Source: a virus
Lineage: Duplodnaviria; Caudoviricetes
Length of the DNA stretch: 58,746 nt
Strand: one strand, 5' to 3'
IMG/VR virus record: IMGVR_UViG_3300050029_000207
Span: 1 to 58,746 of that record
Shown here: positions 56,802-58,746 of the stretch, one piece after another
Numbering within the stretch: the stretch's first letter is position 1
Layout of the letters: every line of letters begins with the position of its first letter
Notes under the pieces: model-generated
The model's database searches: none
Seen by the model: only the letters and a program-made list of their open reading frames with translations
What the model was told of the DNA's origin: nothing
Made by a program: the position numbers and the translations under genes

Positions 56802-57686
56802 ATGAAAATAACAAACAAATTAAATCTACCTGATAACCTCGTCCGCGCCGTCACTTACAGCGACTACAACCGGGGGGATGTTGATTATAGCGTAACGGGT
56901 CTTCTTAACCCGCCACGAATCCTTGCGCTGAAGGCCAAGCATCACGACAAGATCGAAGAGGACGCCAGCGACCTCATATTCGCCGCCATCGGCTCGGCAG
57001 CCCACGAGCTTTTCCGTCGGTCGTCTGACGGCATCAACAAGATCGTTGAAAAGCGGTTCTTCGCAACCGTTGACGGCAAGAAGATCAGCGGTCAGGTGGA
57101 CTTGGCTGAAGACGGCGGCATGATAGAGGATTTCAAGATTTCATCCGTATGGGCGATGACTCACGACGCCAAAGAATCTTGGGAACAACAACTTAACATT
57201 TACCGTTGGCTGTGCAAGCAGAACGGAATCGAGATTAAGGCGTTGAGAATCATTTGCGTTGGCAGGGACTGGTCAAAACGCGAAGCGGCTCGAGATTCAA
57301 ATTACCCCCAGGCGCAGGTGGTCGTGTTCAACCTGAATGTCTGGGACTTGGCCGAAACCGAACGCTTCATCAAAGAGCGCATTGCGCTTCACGAGGCGGC
57401 CAAGGTAACGCTGCCGGAATGCTCCCCTGAAGACCGGTGGCAAAAGGATGACGCCTTTGCAGTGATGAAGGTTGGAAGGAAGTCAGCCGTCAAGATTCAC
57501 CACAAGCGCGAACTGGCGGATCAGCACCTAGAAGTCGCCGGAAAGGGGCATTACCTTCAGGAGCGCAAGGGGACCAGTATCCGCTGTGAGAGCTACTGCT
57601 CGGTGGCACCATTCTGTGAATGGTGGCAGAACAACAAGCTTAAAGAAGATCCGGCAACGGTGATTAGTCCGGAAGAAGCTATCTGA
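56802..57686 (+). CDS. PD-(D/E)XK (Cas4/RecB-like) exonuclease
   Basis: YSVTGLL, IGSAAHE, ISGQVDL, IEDFK, QQLNIY, RCESYCSVAPFC. Confidence 0.85.
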   Translation: MKITNKLNLPDNLVRAVTYSDYNRGDVDYSVTGLLNPPRILALKAKHHDKIEEDASDLIFAAIGSAAHELFRRSSDGINKIVEKRFFATVDGKKISGQVDLAEDGGMIEDFKISSVWAMTHDAKESWEQQLNIYRWLCKQNGIEIKALRIICVGRDWSKREAARDSNYPQAQVVVFNLNVWDLAETERFIKERIALHEAAKVTLPECSPEDRWQKDDAFAVMKVGRKSAVKIHHKRELADQHLEVAGKGHYLQERKGTSIRCESYCSVAPFCEWWQNNKLKEDPATVISPEEAI

Positions 57687-57742
57687 ACCGCGAAGCGGAA
57701 CTGAAGGCGCTATCGGCGGTTAGCTCCATGCGGTTGTTGGGC
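57684..57742 (-). mobile_element. attC: attC right arm only
   Basis: TGAACCGCGAAGCGGAACTGA...GGCGGTTAGCTCCATGC-GGTT-GTTGGGC, homologous to right halves of intact sites. Confidence 0.7.
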
Positions 57743-57765
57743 TGGCGCGACTGCGATACACGAAA

Positions 57766-58215
57766 ATGAAAACGAAAAAAGTCAACCGATATTACTGCGA
57801 CTTCTGCAAGAAATCGAACTGCTCTGGCGGCGCGATGGCTCTCCACGAAAGACACTGCACGCTCAATCCAAACCGGACGTGTCGTATGTGTAAAGAACCT
57901 CGCAACATACCAGAACTGGTGAAGCTGATTCCGAGTGCTGAACAGTTCCACAAAACCACAATAGACCACGGCGAAGGATACGGCTCTTGCAACTGTGACC
58001 ACTATGAAGGATGGGGCGATACCTACAAAGAACCGCTCCAAAAAGTGCGTGATGCCTGCAATGAATGTCCGGTGTGCATCTTTGCTGTGCTCAGGCAATC
58101 AAAAGTGCCAATCTACATCTTTGACTTCGACTTCAAAAAAGAGGTCGAATCATGGTGGGCTGAAAAGAATGAAGAAGCACGCGAACAGGAAGAATATGCG
58201 GCAATCCACGGATGA
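57766..58215 (+). CDS. multi-Cys zinc-binding protein (cassette cargo)
   Basis: YYCDFCKK...HERHCTLNPNRTCRMC...CPVCI. Confidence 0.75.
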   Translation: MKTKKVNRYYCDFCKKSNCSGGAMALHERHCTLNPNRTCRMCKEPRNIPELVKLIPSAEQFHKTTIDHGEGYGSCNCDHYEGWGDTYKEPLQKVRDACNECPVCIFAVLRQSKVPIYIFDFDFKKEVESWWAEKNEEAREQEEYAAIHG

Positions 58216-58227
58216 CGTGACCGCGCA

Positions 58228-58326
58228 GCCTAACGAAAAAAGCTGAGCCACCGCCGACTCGCGACGTGAACCGCGATAGCGGAACTGACAGCGCCAACGG
58301 CGGTTGGCTCCGGCGACTTGTTAGGC
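58228..58326 (-). mobile_element. attC: attC site
   Basis: GCCTAAC-GAAAAAA-GCTGAGC...GCTCCGGC-GACTT-GTTAGGC. Confidence 0.95.
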
Positions 58327-58346
58327 CATGGCTCAACGAACAAAAT

Positions 58347-58544
58347 ATGAAAACACTGACTGATACCGACCCGATGCCCTTCGGAAAATACAAGGGCGAA
58401 CCAATGCAAGACGTGCCTGCGAGCTATCTGCACTATCTCTGGCAGAATGGCCTCGCCGCCGACAAGCAATCTAACGTGGCGGACTACATCCGCCGAAACA
58501 TAAACGCTCTGAAATTGGAGCATAAAGATGGTGTCTGGGCGTAG
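58347..58544 (+). CDS. DUF3820-family protein (cassette cargo)
   Basis: MPFGKYKG..MQDVPASYLHYL. Confidence 0.85.
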   Translation: MKTLTDTDPMPFGKYKGEPMQDVPASYLHYLWQNGLAADKQSNVADYIRRNINALKLEHKDGVWA

Positions 58545-58558
58545 TGGCCTAACAAAAA

Positions 58559-58746
58559 ATGAAAACCGAAAACTCACGCCGATACAAATGCGTCCAATGT
58601 GGCGCAAAAGGTCGGCACTCAAAATCTGGCCGGAATAATCCGCCTATCTGCCCGCAGTGCAAATCCGAACTCCGGCAAATGAGCACGCTCTGGTCAAAAT
58701 GTCCTAAATGCGGCATCAGAATAATGAACAGCGTGGCCGCGATGCC
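58559..58746 (+). CDS. triple-CxxC zinc-ribbon protein spanning the circular junction (stop at 141-143)
   Basis: MKTENSRRYKCVQCG...CPQCK...CPKCG...MPSEKS*; missed by ORF track; preceded by isolated core GCCTAAC 58547-58553. Confidence 0.7.
   Translation, partial: MKTENSRRYKCVQCGAKGRHSKSGRNNPPICPQCKSELRQMSTLWSKCPKCGIRIMNSVAAM

Noticed and set aside
56802-57686. Cas4 as part of a CRISPR system, or as the cassette recombinase
   Set aside because: Stand-alone phage exonuclease next to an SSB-like gene; attC recombination needs a tyrosine recombinase
58620-58746. 127-bp terminal direct repeat as a biological DTR
   Set aside because: Length matches a common assembler k-mer overlap and it falls mid-ORF; it indicates circularity only

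Overview
The window is a complete, circularly assembled ~58.6 kb tailed-phage genome (1-127 = 58620-58746). The host is probably in the Verrucomicrobiota, inferred from attC style, Thr-Asn-rich exported proteins and A-rich, SD-less starts. A long minus-strand arm (~51.9 kb to 3.5 kb) encodes replication (initiator, primase-helicase, beta-clamp, DnaE), a nucleotide-metabolism cluster (MazG-like, NDT, HAD, variant ThyX, Nmad1-like), terminase, a Mu-like head module, a short-tail module, signal-peptide-bearing tailspike/adhesin proteins and small membrane/lipoproteins. A plus-strand arm (52.2 kb through the origin to 3.4 kb) holds the main discovery, an integrase-less integron. It has 9 intact and 5 partial attC sites and an attI-like site at ~2984-3027. 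The right core of most attC sites pairs with the left core of the NEXT site, the signature of IntI-mobilised cassettes. All cargo ORFs are antisense to canonical cassette polarity, several start inside their own attC, and several take C-terminal tails from the neighbouring attC. No integrase, transposase or CRISPR array was recognised. Other points of interest are a tRNA-like RNA lacking a normal anticodon arm, a MuF-metallopeptidase, a shared 'GAND' domain and a duplicated promoter. All calls are from reading motifs by eye; no database searches were run.
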